Source: Chrysomallon squamiferum (lineage: Eukaryota > Animalia > Mollusca). Taken from it: 64,000 bases of DNA. The stretch lies in contig CM022670.1 in assembly GCA_012295275.1 (NCBI GenBank), positions 24,180,001 to 24,244,000 on the forward strand, in the 5' to 3' direction. Each line of letters opens with the position of its first letter. Position 1 is the first letter of the stretch. The notes beneath the pieces are model-generated. The model searched no databases and had not been told where the DNA came from. It saw only the letters and a list, made by a program, of their open reading frames with translations. Below, piece by piece: positions 1-56,380 of the stretch. Made by a program: the position numbers and the translations under genes.

Positions 1-344
1 TGTCTGTCTGACTTGGTGTGTATTCAGTTCATTCAGGACGGTCCCATTCTGTTTTCTATGGTTTAATCTTATATATTATTTCAGCTTATTCAACAGATGA
101 GTCACAGGGTTTGATAGGACTATAACACAGGCAGTAACGTATGTCCAGTTAATGTCAGTTGTTATTTATGCAGATTCTATATGAACATAATAATCTATGA
201 GACTGATGAAATCATGTTTGGAATCCTTTACAATTAAACTGTCACAAGATAATGAAGTTAACAGATAAACGTGAAAAGAAGTCATTGTACATCAAAATAT
301 TGCTTTGTATATAAAGACCTGTTGCTTGCATGTCACCCTTATAT

Positions 345-1155
345 CACACTTATACACTCTCATTACATTATTGAATTTTTTGTACAGTCATTACATCAAT
401 ACTTTACTTGTACACTGACACTTCATCAATACTTTGTCTACTGACATTACATTATTGAATTTTTTGTACAGTCATTACATCAATACTTTACTTGTACACT
501 GACACTTCATCAGTACTTTGTCTACTGACATTACATCATTGCTTTAACTGTACACAGACATTACATCAATACTTTACTTATATCCTGATATTACATCATT
601 ACCTTTCCTGTATCCTGACACTACATCATTACTTTACTTGTCTACTGTCATTACATTATTTATTTACTTGTATACAGACATCACATCAGTATTTTACCTG
701 TATCCTGTCACTATATCATTACTTTACTTGCATCCTGTCACTATATCATTACTTTAGCTGTATCCTGTCACTATATCATTTCTTTACTTGTATCCTGTCA
801 CTACATCATTTCTTTACTTGTATCCTGCCACTATATCATTACTTTGCTTGTATCCTGCCACTTTACTTTGTATCCTGTCCATATCATTTCTATATCCTGT
901 CATTACTTTGCTTGTATCCTGCCACTACATCATTACTTTATGTGTCCACTCTCATTACATCATTTCTTAACTTACATCATTGTCCAATTTGTACATTTGC
1001 ATCATGTTATTACTTTACTTGTGCACTGACATTACATCATTGTTTTATTTGCACATTTTCATTGTTATTACTTTACTGGTACACTGACATTACATCATTG
1101 TTTTATTTTTACACTTTCATTGTTACTACTTTACTGGTACACTGACATTACATTT
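345..1155. repeat. degenerate ~30-bp minisatellite A
   Basis: Unit approx. tgtacactgacattacatcattactttact, with a central variant tgtatcctgtcactatatcattactttact. Includes an ~85-bp higher-order duplication at 361-530. Confidence 0.9.
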
Positions 1156-1221
1156 TTGTTAGTACACTAGCATTATATCAATATTTTGTTTTTGTAGTGT
1201 AATAATCTGCATTCCCTCTGG

Positions 1222-1820
1222 ACACCATTGTTTGATTTGTACACTGTTATTACATCATCGTTTGATTTGCACACTAGCATTACACCATTGTTTGATATAT
1301 ACACTATCATTACACCATTGTTTGATATATACACTATCATTACACCATTGTCTGATTTGTACACTATCATTACACCATTGTTTGATTTGAACACTATCAT
1401 TACACCATTGTTGATTTGTACACTATCATTACACCATTGTTTGATATGTACACTATCATTACACCATTGTTTGATTTGAACACTATCATTACACCATTGT
1501 TGATTTGTACACTTTCATTACACCATTGTCTGATTTTACACTATCATTACACCATTGTTTGATTTGAACACTATCATTACACCATTGTTGATATGTACAC
1601 TATCATTACACCATTGTCTGATTTTACACTATCATTACACCATTGTTTGATTTGAACACTATCATTACACCATTGTTAATTTGAACACTATCATTACACC
1701 ATTGTTTAATTTGTACACTATCATTACACCATTGTTGATTTGTACACTTTCATTACACCATTGTTTGATTTGAACTCTATGATCACACCAATGTTTGATT
1801 TGTACACTACGATTAAACCA
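1222..1820. repeat. 29-30-bp minisatellite B (~20 copies)
   Basis: Unit tacaccattgtttgatttgtacactatcat. Confidence 0.95.
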
Positions 1821-1978
1821 TTTCTTCATAGGTTCCCTGTCATTATAGTTCACTGATACCCTGTCACTGCACTATTGCTTTACTCTTACTGGTTCATAGC
1901 TCCTTCATTTCGTCATTAAACCAGAGTTTAATTTTATTAGATGCCTTGTGGCCATTCCTTTACCAGAAGGCTGTTGTT

Positions 1979-2657
1979 ACTGCTTCACTGGTACATTCAT
2001 ATTGCAGACTGCTTCACTGGTACATTCATATTGCAGACTGCTTCACTGGTACATTCATATTGCAGACTGCTTCACTGGTACATTCATATTGCAGACTGCT
2101 TCACTGGTACATTCGTATTGCAGACTGCTTCACTGGTACATTCATCTTGCAGACTGCTTCACTGGTACATTCATATTGCAGACTGCTTCACTGGTACATT
2201 CATATTGCAGACTGCTTCACTGGTACATTCATATTGCAGACTGCTTCACTGGTACATTCATTGTTGATGCAGACTGCTTCACTGGTACATTGTACACTTA
2301 TTGCAGACTGCTTCACTGGTACATTATCATGTTTGCAGACTGCTTCACTGGTACATTCGTGTTGCAGACTGCTTCACTGGTACATTCATTCGTATTGCAG
2401 ACTGCTTCACTGGTACATTCATCATTGGTTGCAGACTGCTTCACTGGTACATTCGTTTGATTGCAGACTGCTTCACTGGTTTCATTCATATTGCAGGCTG
2501 CTTCACTGGTACATTCACTGCACTATTGCAGACTGCTTCACTGGTACATTCCTATTGCAGACTGCTTCACTGGTACATTCATATTGCAGACTGCTTCACT
2601 GGTACATTCATATTGCAGACTGCTTCACTGGTACATTCGTATTGCAGGCTGCTTCAC
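1979..2657. repeat. 29-bp minisatellite C (~23 copies)
   Basis: Unit gactgcttcactggtacattcatattgca. Central copies (2260-2530) carry small insertions. Confidence 0.95.
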
Positions 2658-5049
2658 AGTGGAACATGTTTCACTAATGGTTGTTCATAATTCTTAACAG
2701 GTTTTAATTCACAAAAAGAAGAAAAAAATAAAGTTTTCAAAATTAATGGGAAGAAATCTGCAGCCATCAGATATAACATATATTTAAAGATTCACATTTT
2801 ATTTCTAGTTTACAAATATTCCTAATTATTTTTCAGTCTCTAATATTTATTTTTTAAAGTAAATGAATAATGGTGATTCCAACTGTTGATATAATTTTTA
2901 TAACTATCTGCTTTTTTTAGTTTTTTGTTTTTGCCAATTACTACCTTTGTCATCAGCTATACAGAAAAGAATTATGTTGTTGTATTAATACTATTATGTG
3001 TTAAAATGTTCACAGACAAATGTGTTCAAAACATATATTAAAATGGGCTGCAGAATTTACAATGTTTGGTGACTGGTTTTCTGCTGTTCTGTATGAAATA
3101 CGAGCATTACACTTCAGCAAAAAGTTGAATGAAGTTAAAAAGTTGCTTGAAGTTAAAAAGTTGCTTGAAAAATTACTTTAATCAAAAGTTTTGCTTTATA
3201 GAAACTTTTTTTTTTATCTTTTTCTTTGCTTCTAAATCCAACAAATTATTTCTTTAAGAAATTAGAATTTTTTTTTTTAATTCATTTAGAATAAAAAGAG
3301 CAATAAAATAACTAGGAAAACATTAATTCAGGATTGTTTTTTTAAGAACATAAATGTTAAGTTATTCTGTAATGTCTAAGAATATGATGGATAAAAAGTG
3401 TGCATTTAAACCAAGCCTGTCTGTTTAATAATTGTTTACAATCTACAGCTTCACTGGTATTAGCTTTGGGATCAGTTTATTGCAAAGCAAAAACACCGAC
3501 ATGCAAAGACTCCTTTTGAAAAAAAAAAAAAAGGATTACATTTATGGTTGTACTTTCTAGAAAGATGTGAAGCTACAAGAGACAACATAAAAAATATTAA
3601 ATCTAGCGATTTCGTATAATTCTATTAAAATCAATATCAAGTGTCTCTAATATTGACAGATAAAAGGATTTTATTTTTAAAAGATCTGTTTGCTGATACC
3701 AGTTGCCAGTCATATGTTTCATTCTGTAGGAAATTTGACTTTAGAAATCATTTTCAGTCTACAATGGCTTGATTTTAGAAATTAAGAAATCATTAAATTG
3801 GCTTTATATGCATACTTAATCAAATTACAAATGCTGGGAATTCCAAATTGTCTCGTACATCTTCTTAAAACAAATGATTTTGAAAAAAAGTTACAATGAA
3901 TGTGTAATAGAAACTACATCAAAACATGTAATAAATGCACAGATAAAATGTTGGAAATACCCATGTCTTCACCTGTCCATGCTAACTGCAGACAAAATAC
4001 AATATCTTGTTGTTTATGTTTAAAAACAAATACACATTTGTAATAATGTTTGGGGAAGATTTGATAATTTTCTTTCTTTTTGTTATTTAAACATATTCAG
4101 ACATTTTGGGACACTTTCATAAACAAGATATTTGTGAGAAGAAAAATGAAAATTCAGATAAATGCGAAAACAATTATTTTTGTGAACCCAAATTATTCTG
4201 AAAATGACAATATAGTCTATTATTGTTAACTGGTAAACAGTACATGTATAAATTAAAATGAAAACACCAATAACTAACTTTAGCTATTTCCAAATAACTC
4301 TGAACCTGTGTTTTTATAATTGCAGATAAATATATTTATAACATGAACAACAAAGCAATTAAATTTGAAGTAAAATGGAATTTTTTAGATGAAACTGTCT
4401 AAATTATAATAATATCATAAATATTTACTAATAGGAAACACAAAAATAAGTACATGTTTTACTTATTTTTATTTTTTATTTAATTTTTTATCTTTCGTAC
4501 AATAACATATTCTTTGTATTTATATCTTATGGCTTACCTATTAACAGCTAGGAATTGCTGTATACATATATATAGAACTTATTTATAAGTTTATATTACA
4601 AATAATCAGGAGATTTATGTCTTTTAACATCTTAATTTACTTTAATATTTCATTAAATTAACATCTGTCAATTGTATTATACATATTATTCTGTATTATT
4701 AAGTGGTGAAATTAAAATAATAATAATAATAATAATAATATTTTTATGTTATTGATTGAAACCAGATTTATTTCCACTGAACTAATAACTTTTGTTTCTG
4801 CTTATTGTAGTTTTATTGGAATAATATATATATATATTTTTTTTATCCACTGATACTTGAAATATACTGTAATTGAGCAGTACTACATTTTCCTTTTAAT
4901 TAACATCGGACCTCAATTTGAACAGTAGCAGGTTGTTTGCATTTGTTTAGATAGTTCCAAATTCTTTTTAATATAAATCTGTGCCTCTTTGCCCAACCCA
5001 GCTTTGTGTCTGTTTGTCTCATTTGTTTGTTTATCTGTGTTACTTTCAG

Positions 5050-47630
<42,581 letters not shown>

Positions 47631-48800
47631 CTAATCAAATGATCTGCATTAAGTTCGTACGTGTTCATGGACGTAGAGAGGATATCAGCATAATGAACTG
47701 TGAGACTGTTTTATACATAAAGAACTGTGATAATATTAACTATCTGAGTACATGTGCCACTTTTATTTTATTTTAAAAAATTATAAAAATTGTCAAAATT
47801 AATATTGGTAGTAATATATTATTATTATTTTTTTTTTGTTAACACACACTCTATTACATCAAAAAGAACAGCAGTTAAAAAATAATTATATTTTTTCATA
47901 AAAAAAAAAAGTATTTTATTTTTAGTCACATTGTATTAAGTCTGGCTGTGCTTTGATTATGAATTTATAATTGGTGGATAAGCAACAAAATTGGACACCA
48001 ACAGTTTTATAGGAATCTATACCTATTCAAACCACTATACTGTACTGAAAATTATTTTATTTACCCTAACATATATATTTCTGTGTTTTCCTGCAATTAC
48101 TGTTATTTTCCCCACAACCTTGATCTATTGAACTGAAAATTTAGTCCAAACCAAACACCTGTATAAGTTTATAGGTAATAATGACATTCAAACATTCAAA
48201 CACCATTCATTTTGAGGTCCCAGACTACTGATTTAATGGAAATTAACCTTCAAAAACATAAAGTACTGGAAGGTGAAGCTAATGTTCATCATCCTTGCTC
48301 ATCTATCTATCTTTCTACAATTACATATATATTTTTTTACAATAAGACTTTCATTATGTATTTTTTTGAGACACATCAATGAGTATCTCTATGAAAACGT
48401 ATGATATGACAGAACTTTTAACAGGTAGGAGTTTCCGTGTGAAATTTTATATATATAGTATCTGCTCAGGTAACAGAAGTGGTAATAAATGAATATCTGT
48501 AAAGTGCATGTTACAAGGCAATGTATATTCATTTAATCCGTTATTTAACCACAAACCATATTTTGTTCATATATTTGGATGTAGATTTATTTATTTGTGT
48601 TTGTTGATGTAATAACAAAACCTTGGTTCGCTATTGTTACAGATTAACCATATCTTTTATAATTTTTAACCAGGCAATGTCACGTATCTCAGAGATAAAA
48701 TTTTCTCTTCAGAAATGGATGTTCAAATTCTCTTAAATATGAAATACATGACTTTTCAAGTGTTCATAATTATAACAAATATTTAAAAATATGTATAGAG

Positions 48801-48840
<40 letters not shown>

Positions 48841-49902
48841 ATGTCAAACATCATCTTCTGTTAAAAAAAGAATAACTTCCCACAGTAGTAAAAATCACAT
48901 CACTGGCTGTTTTTAATCAGTTAATTAACAACATAAGAATACTTAGTGATTGTTTGACAATATAATTTCAGTGTGAATATGCTGGCATCTTATTCTGTGA
49001 CAATTTGAAATATGTTTTGGTGCCATCCAGTATGGAACCAGCCATTAGAACCAATTTTTTCAAAGCTCAGTTCATTACAGATTATTATTATTATATAAAC
49101 ATAATTCTTAATATTTCATATTTGTTAAGTTTTCAAAAGTAATTTACATTCCAATGTTAAGAATATTTAAATTTTGGTATTTTTTATTATTATTATTTTT
49201 TTTTTTTGTGTGTGTTTGTGTTCATTCTATGTGACAAATCAATAATGACAAATACATCAATCATTTTAACAAGACAGCCTTAAATACATAATTTCTCTTC
49301 TTTTTTGTTTTCTTTCAGTAACTGTACAATTGAGTGGAATGACTGTGAATAAATTAATTATTATATATATAAAATTATCATTATATACCATTTTTCATTT
49401 ATTAATATCTTTTTATCAGAGAGACTTGTTAATTACGACCATGTACTGAAAAATCCCTTCAAAATTACTTTTATTATTTTCACTGTGGCATGTGAATGGT
49501 ATTTTATGTTAACCAATATCATAACAGCAATATGTATGTAACTTTGTATATTTGTTAATTAACAGTAATTATTTAGTTTTTGTTGTGCTCATTTCCGTCC
49601 AAGGTTCAACAAAATGAACTTTTTTTTTTTTTTTTTTAATGAAACAAGTGACCACAGTTTTGTAGTGTTTGAATGAGATCTAGAAATCTGCAGAATTCCA
49701 CATTTTATAAAAATCTGTACTTATACACACACTAAAAATTCTAGAATATATTCATTGATAATTTTATCCATTATTAAAATATTAGTAAATGAAACTGGTG
49801 CCACATGTAAAAATTATATGATTCTTTCTGTGTACCACCTATTTCATTTATTATTAATATTCAGATTATTAATTTTTAATATATAATATATTACATAAAT
49901 TA

Positions 49903-49908
49903 AATAAA
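49903..49908 (+). promoter_or_regulatory. candidate polyadenylation signal (3' UTR ~2.3 kb)
   Basis: AATAAA downstream of the stop at 47630. Other candidates exist (e.g. ~49348), and the hexamer is common in AT-rich DNA. Confidence 0.25.
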
Positions 49909-49974
49909 GGTCAAATCGAAAAGGTGTTTATCACATTTCCAATATACTGAATGTCATATTGTTTAATCTAGATG

Positions 49975-50013
<39 letters not shown>

Positions 50014-51409
50014 CATCATACCCTATATGACAAACTGTCAAATAACATATATAATTTTGAACGTCTGGGATGTGTGTGTATGTGTGTGAACCAAAGATAC
50101 ATCAGTTCATTCTGTGTTTCATTAAAAGGAATTAGTCATGATTATTTGGTGCCCAAAATTATGAAATGAAAACTTACCTTGAACATGAAAAAATCAAAAT
50201 TAAAATAGAAATCAGTAAAATATTTTAAAAGGTAACTTCTATTCCACATATACTATTTTTCTAAACTTAAAAAAGAATAATAACAATTTTATAAATTTAT
50301 AAAAAAAAAAAACTTTTAATTTGGTCACAACTATACTGACTAATTCTTTTAAAAAAATAAAAAATAAAATATATATATTAAGATATATATCTATCTATCT
50401 ATATATATATATATTACATAACACAAACAAATACTATTGTTATTACATGGTAGTTAAAAAACGTTCAATATTATAACTGACCTGTAACCAAAGTTATTAC
50501 ACTGAAAGGTTGTTGAATGAGGATTAGAAATATTTACACAAATGTTACGTTACTTCAAAGATTACTGAATGTGTTTATCAAAATTTACAGTTAACAATAT
50601 TATTCAACAAAACAGCATTCCAATATTATGAAATGTGTCTGTTATTTGTTTTACTGTTTTTCAGTATGTCATGTTTTCTGTGTGTATGTTACACGTCCCT
50701 CACTCAGGTAGGTAGATTGTTTTGGGAAACTGTGCATATAAAGCAAAGCATACATTTTACACTACTAGCCTGTCACAGCAACACAATTGTTTAATGTAAA
50801 AAAAAAAAAAAAAAAATTTTTTAAAAATTAACCAGAGAATCCCTAAATAAGCAATTTTAGATACATTTGTCTGCGAATGTTTGTATTTTAACACTAAATT
50901 ATTTATTGATATGAAATAATAATCATAACATACAAGACTAAATAAATAAATAAAAAATAAATAAACTACAAGTAACAGTCTAACTAAATTTTTAATCGAT
51001 ACAAAAAATTTGGAACTAACTGAATAAAAAATCTTGTCAATAGCTTATGACACATAACCCATAATAAAAACATAATTGTATAGTTTTTTAAATTCTATTT
51101 AATTTATTTTACATTACAGAGCAAAAAAAACAAAAACATGTTTTCTGAAATAGTATTTATTTCATTTAACATTTGCTAACAGGAATAACTTTAAAATTCA
51201 TGTGAATTCATACTCGATGTTTAAAAGCATCGTTTCAGTTAATTTTTACAGGTTTCAGTAATGTCATTAATAAAAACAAAAACATACAGGAACTAAACCA
51301 TTTATGTTACAAGCCTGGGACTGCAGGTTGCCTGAATTACTGGATAAGGGCCTCATCTAAATATAAAATAAAAAATAAACAGTGAAACTGTATCTGTCAC
51401 ACATGTACA

Positions 51410-52385
51410 TCATTGTAGGGATGATAACAAAATTTCAAATGTATTGGACCATGGCAATGACAGCAGAACTGGCTGCTAAGATTTATGTTTAGTATTGACA
51501 AATTAAGCCAAGCTTTTGAGCGAACAACCTTACTTTATCACTCATATTTGTTGCTCTTGGGACTGTGGCTAGGGTCAACTGAGTGGTTTATTGTTTTATT
51601 GCCTAATGTGTATCAACCACATATCCCCAACATGGGTGTCTGGTTCTGGTTATTCACAGCTTTATGTCTTTTTTGGAGTCCATGGTTGGTGAGGAGCATG
51701 GTTATGAATTATATGCCCTACATTATGAATACAAACCATTATCAAATTCTTGGTGGGACCTTGAAAAGAGCTAACACTGAAGTTACAGATTCCTTATCAT
51801 CTGATGAGGACTAGTGGAAATGAAAAAAATGAATAAATAAAAATAAAACTTCTGACATGGCTAAAAGTGTGAAAAAGTTGAAAAATGGTACATTGCTGGT
51901 AGAATGAGTTGGACTCAGTTTTGTTTATTTTCTTCAGTCAAAAGTTTTGTGTAATACCTGACAATCACTGTGTTGCCACAATCTTCCTTAAACTCAAGTC
52001 ATTAGGTTGAAAGATTTGTGAAGATGAAATTGCTGGAAACCCTTCCAGTGTATCTAAAGACTGGATATCTCTCTCTATACCAGTCATTCCTTTTATAACC
52101 AAATTTTATAACCAAATCCATTACAAACGTATTACAAACGTCAAAAGTTTGGTGATGGCTAAACTGCACATTGAAACAAACTGTCATGTGCATGCTTTGG
52201 TAAATCTGATCACAACAGTTAGACATGCATATATAATAATGACATAGTATGTATATATTTTTAGATCCTTCTGACTAGAGGAAAGCAATTATTATTCATA
52301 TTCCCAAGGATACAAATAATCCAGCTAGTTTTTGCCCTATCTCTTTGACAAGCTGCAATTGTAAAACCATGGAACTGATGATGAC
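51410..52385 (+). mobile_element. decayed I-clade LINE: 5' UTR/ORF1 remnant fused to an RT fragment
   Basis: ORF1-like traces KRANTEVTDSLSSDED, KSVKKLKNGTLLVE and PVYLKTGYL..PVIPFI..NPLQ..QKFG (pre-zinc-knuckle). These are followed by RT-like PISLTSCNCKTMELM (~52335-52380). Confidence 0.7.
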
Positions 52386-52639
52386 CAACACAATCGGTGT
52401 TCCAGTCTGTGGAGAGAGAAAGTTAGACAGCAAGCATTAGATAATTTTGTCTATAAAAGTAATATAACTTTGATTTTAAAGAAGCTCAGTATGTTTAGTA
52501 AATTGACTTCTGAGAAAAATGAAAATATTTGCAAGAGGCAAACAAATAATATAAGTAAATTATGATGATGACAGTATTTAAAAGATGGTAACTTTGAGAA
52601 AAACTAAAAATAAAACAATAACAAATTAAATAAATAAAA

Positions 52640-53240
52640 TGAAATAATAAAGAATTAATTTCATTTGGTGTTCTAAATCTATTATTACTATGTCTGGATT
52701 TAATTAAATTGTTTAATGGTTCTGCAGCAATAATATAAAGTATCATGGAAATTAGACATTCTTTTCTGACACCTCTTGATAAAGTGTTAAATGTCCATCA
52801 ATCTTGACACTACGTTTTATGTTTTAATTATAGAGCTTTTTCTCAATTTTAAAAATAAATTTTAAAAATAAACCTTTCTTCATTATTTAACTTAACAACA
52901 GTTCTAACTTTATCACCCTCACTCATATAAAATATTCAGCAGTTTCTGTTCCCTTTTCACAACAAGTTTGTTCTGATGAAAAATAATTGAAGATATAACT
53001 TGTTTAGTCATTGATATCTGCTTTACCTCTGTTATATATATATTTTTAAATTAACCATTTTTCATACTATGGTGACAACATTTCTTCTTTTTGAACTGAC
53101 ATAATATCTATTTTATGAAACAATATCTTTAAAAATTGATACCAGGAGTTTTATTTTGATTCACTTTTTTTTAAATACATCCTTTAATTTTTAATTTTTA
53201 AACTGTATTTAATTACTTCCCTTGCAAAAATGCATTTGAG
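52640..53240 (-). mobile_element. decayed L1/Tx1-type LINE RT fragment
   Basis: Minus strand: NQNKTPGI (~53140-53162, cf. NKSPGxDG), SEQTCCEKG (~52950-52977, cf. PDQTxxVKGR), SRGVRKECLISMILYIIAAEPLNNLIK (~52700-52780, cf. RGVRQGCPLSxLLYxLxxEPL). Confidence 0.75.
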
Positions 53241-53329
53241 GAATATTGACTAAAATTTAACTGCATGTGCTTTTCGTAATATTTCCTGGCAGATTTTCGA
53301 TGTAAATTTCGTAGGAGTCTTGAATAGGC

Positions 53330-53812
53330 ATCGCTTTTCGGCCTTTTGACCAAGATCTAAAGATACAGTTTTTGGAATGATTCCTCTTTGGACGAAAATA
53401 TAATCTGACAATAATACATGGAAACCAACAGTTTTCTTGTGGAGTAAATTAATCAAAACAATGTGGATTTTTAGAAAGTTAATTGATAAAGACAAGCCTT
53501 GAAATGAAACGGCGTTTTTTTTTTTTTTTTTTTTACTGTTTAAGTTATGTTTGAACATTTGTGGCTATCAGAAAGTCAACAACAACAAAAAGTCAGCCAT
53601 AAATCCCAACTCTTTGTTTCTGAAAAGTTTTTAACGGTTAAAAAATAATAATAAAAGTGTAGTATCAGTTCTTATCAGCTTCATATTTTATACGCGCTCC
53701 ACTTGGGGACAACGATATTAAACTGATTTCTGGAAAGAGTGAAGAGCTCGGGACTTGCTCCGCACTCACCACCGGTTGACCTCGTGTTGTACGGCTTCCG
53801 GGCATGACCCAC
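53330..53812 (+). pseudogene. U2: U2 snRNA copy interrupted by a ~295-bp insertion
   Basis: 53330-53362 ATCGCTTTTCGGCCTTTTGACCAAGATCTAAAG is the U2 5' end. 53658-53812 TGTAGTATCAGTTCTTATCAGCTTCATAT...ATATTAAACTGATTTCTGGAA...GACTTGCTCCG...GGTTGACC...GACCCAC is the remainder, including the branch-point recognition sequence GTAGTA, a mutated Sm site and stems III/IV. Joined length 188 nt, as expected for U2. Confidence 0.9.
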
Positions 53813-54256
53813 AAATTCTAAACAAACGAAGAAAAGCTTGTTAATATGCGGTGAAAATCACCGCCCCCATACTCACACCTACACCGACAGCAGATCAGTC
53901 CATCCCATCCATTCCAAGTGAAACAAAGATTTGCTGTACCCAGAGGAATTAACAAGCGACTGTGACATGTCTCACAATTCCATTGTAAATGCACGCGCGC
54001 ACACACACACACACACACAGAATGACACACTCACACCGTTATTTTTCTTCATTCCATTTAATGCAAACATTAATTTGTCTAATGAAATATCTTTATCACA
54101 GATTTCATTTTCAAAATCATTTAATTTATTAACATTTTAATTAATTCATTTTTTGGGAGTGGTAAATCTGTTTCTTTATAAATTCATTAAGTTCATTACC
54201 TTTCATTTCATTGTCAACGATTCATCAACTGTACATTCTTTTTGCTAAATTTTTTC

Positions 54257-54299
<43 letters not shown>

Positions 54300-56339
54300 T
54301 CCTTCAATTAGAGAAAATGCAGACAAATGATCAAAGGACAAAAGTTTTAAAGAAAGTTTTAAACTGTAAAAAGAACGCTCTAACCGACCACCTCAGAGGC
54401 TACTGATAAAGCTTTTATAGGTATGTAACTATTGTTTATTTCAAAATCTAAAGATGCGGTAAAGTGAAAGAAAGGTGTTAGGCACATACAGTTTTATATA
54501 CACACAGAAGATGGATGAAACAATTTGTACTGGAAAATTTGAAGATGTGAGTTATAAGTTATAAGATATAAGTTAATAAAAAGTAAATAAAATAAAAATA
54601 CGAGAATCTGTTTTTTATTTTATTTATTTATTTATTTTGTTGTTATGGTTTTATTTTTGTTTTTTTTTCTCAAAGTTATTATCTTTCATCATCATCATAA
54701 TTTACTTACATTATTTGCAAATATTGCCGTCGTTCGCAGAAGTCAATTTACTAAACGTACTGAGCTTCTTTGAAATGAAAGTCGTTTTATCTTTATACAC
54801 AAAATTATTTAATACTTGTTCTGTATCTTTCTCTCTCTCCCTCAGACACTGGAACACTTATTGTGTTTATACTATCCTACTGAAAAAGAATAAGACTGTT
54901 TTTTTTAAATAAAAATAAATTATAAGACTCGCGAATTCGCTTTAAGGACAAGTCAAACTTCGTACTGATGTATGTTTTAATAGTAGAGATAAAAACAAAT
55001 AATAACAATAATAATAATTTAAAAAATGGAAGCGTTAAGCTTATAGTAAATATATAATAAAACAAACAACTAAGAGGTCTCTGAAATTGTGACTTCGTTA
55101 TTTCCAAATGCTGTCAATGTTCTCTTATAGCGAAAAAAAAAAAAAAAAAAAAAAAAACGTAACTTTTCATATTTATTTATTTATTTATAAATGAATTATA
55201 CACATATATTTCCTTATCTTTTTTTTTTTTTTTTTTTTTTTGATTTCTAAATTACAGTCAGTGATACAGATGACAACAATCGATATCTGTTAAGATAAAT
55301 ATTTTAAATTAAAATAAATTATTTATCTTCGGAATGATTGTGTACCATCAGCGGCGTGCAGATACCTCGGGCCAACTCCTTAACTGTAACCCTCCCCAAG
55401 ACTCAATACAGGGTCTAGTACTGAGAAATGTGAGAAAGGATGACATCTTAAGTTTGTGAAAAGAATAACATAAACTTCTTATTCAAATTAAATATAAATT
55501 GTCCAAATTATTCAAAATTTTAATCTACATCTGAGATGGCGTGGTTAAATATTTTTGAAAATTTGTTAGTGATCTGTTATGGGAGAGGAGCACTGAAGAA
55601 GAAAACAGTGTTTGCCCAAACCTTGTCGTAACATTTTAAAACTGAGAGTCCCACAAATGTAGGTACGTTTTGACTAGTTACCTTAAAAAATACTTCTGAA
55701 TCTTTAATTTAATTTAATTTTTTTTTTTTTTTTTTTTTATGTACACAACAAAATTCATCTTTAAAGAGAGTTGTGAAAATAATTTATGAAAATTAATAAA
55801 TGCTATGGAATTATAAAAAAAAAAAAAAAAACAACAACAAAAAAAACAAAAAAAAACGGATACCCCCCAACCTTCTTACAAATAATATTTTAAATTGCAA
55901 AACTAGACGATATTGTAGATATTTCATTACAAATATTTTAAAAACCACATCAGAAGGGTTTGTTTCTTAGCAGATTACAGAAAAATAAAAATAAAGCTAT
56001 TGGATTGTTATTTATAATAGAAGTCAAAAGACCTTTTCAACACAGAACAGTGCACTTACTATAGTTTTTACTTTTAACATTTGTGAGAAACAATTATTCT
56101 TTGATCCTGTTTTAAAATTCTTCAAATAATTTTGCAGTAACAACACACTTGAACCGTCATCGATTGTGAAATAACACAATGCGTTATCTGTCCTGTTTTA
56201 TTTATTTGAAAACAGACAAAAAGTTAGGTACGAACTGTATGCTCTTGAAAAAAAAAAAGAAAAAAAAAAAAGATTTTACACGTATTATTGCTAAATGAGA
56301 AAGGCTTACTCCACTAATGCTGGTGCAGTGAACATTTTA

Positions 56340-56380
<41 letters not shown>

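Noticed and set aside
492-1853. His/Cys/Tyr-rich ORFs
   Set aside because: Translations of minisatellites A and B.
1941-2697. CRISPR-like array, or repetitive protein ORFs in all three frames
   Set aside because: Eukaryotic intron with no cas genes. Linkers are only ~6-12 nt variants of one sequence. The ORFs arise because the 29-bp unit has no stop codon.
48801-48836. Poly(A) run as a retrocopy tail or mRNA end
   Set aside because: No TSD or recognisable element, and long A/T runs are frequent throughout the window.
51485-51814. 109-aa hydrophobic ORF as a membrane protein
   Set aside because: Overlaps the 5' UTR/ORF1 start of a decayed LINE.
53363-53657. Spliceosomal intron inside U2, as in some fungal snRNAs
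   Set aside because: The insert ends in AG but has no GT/GC or ATATCC 5' end at the junction, and the U2 carries degenerative substitutions.
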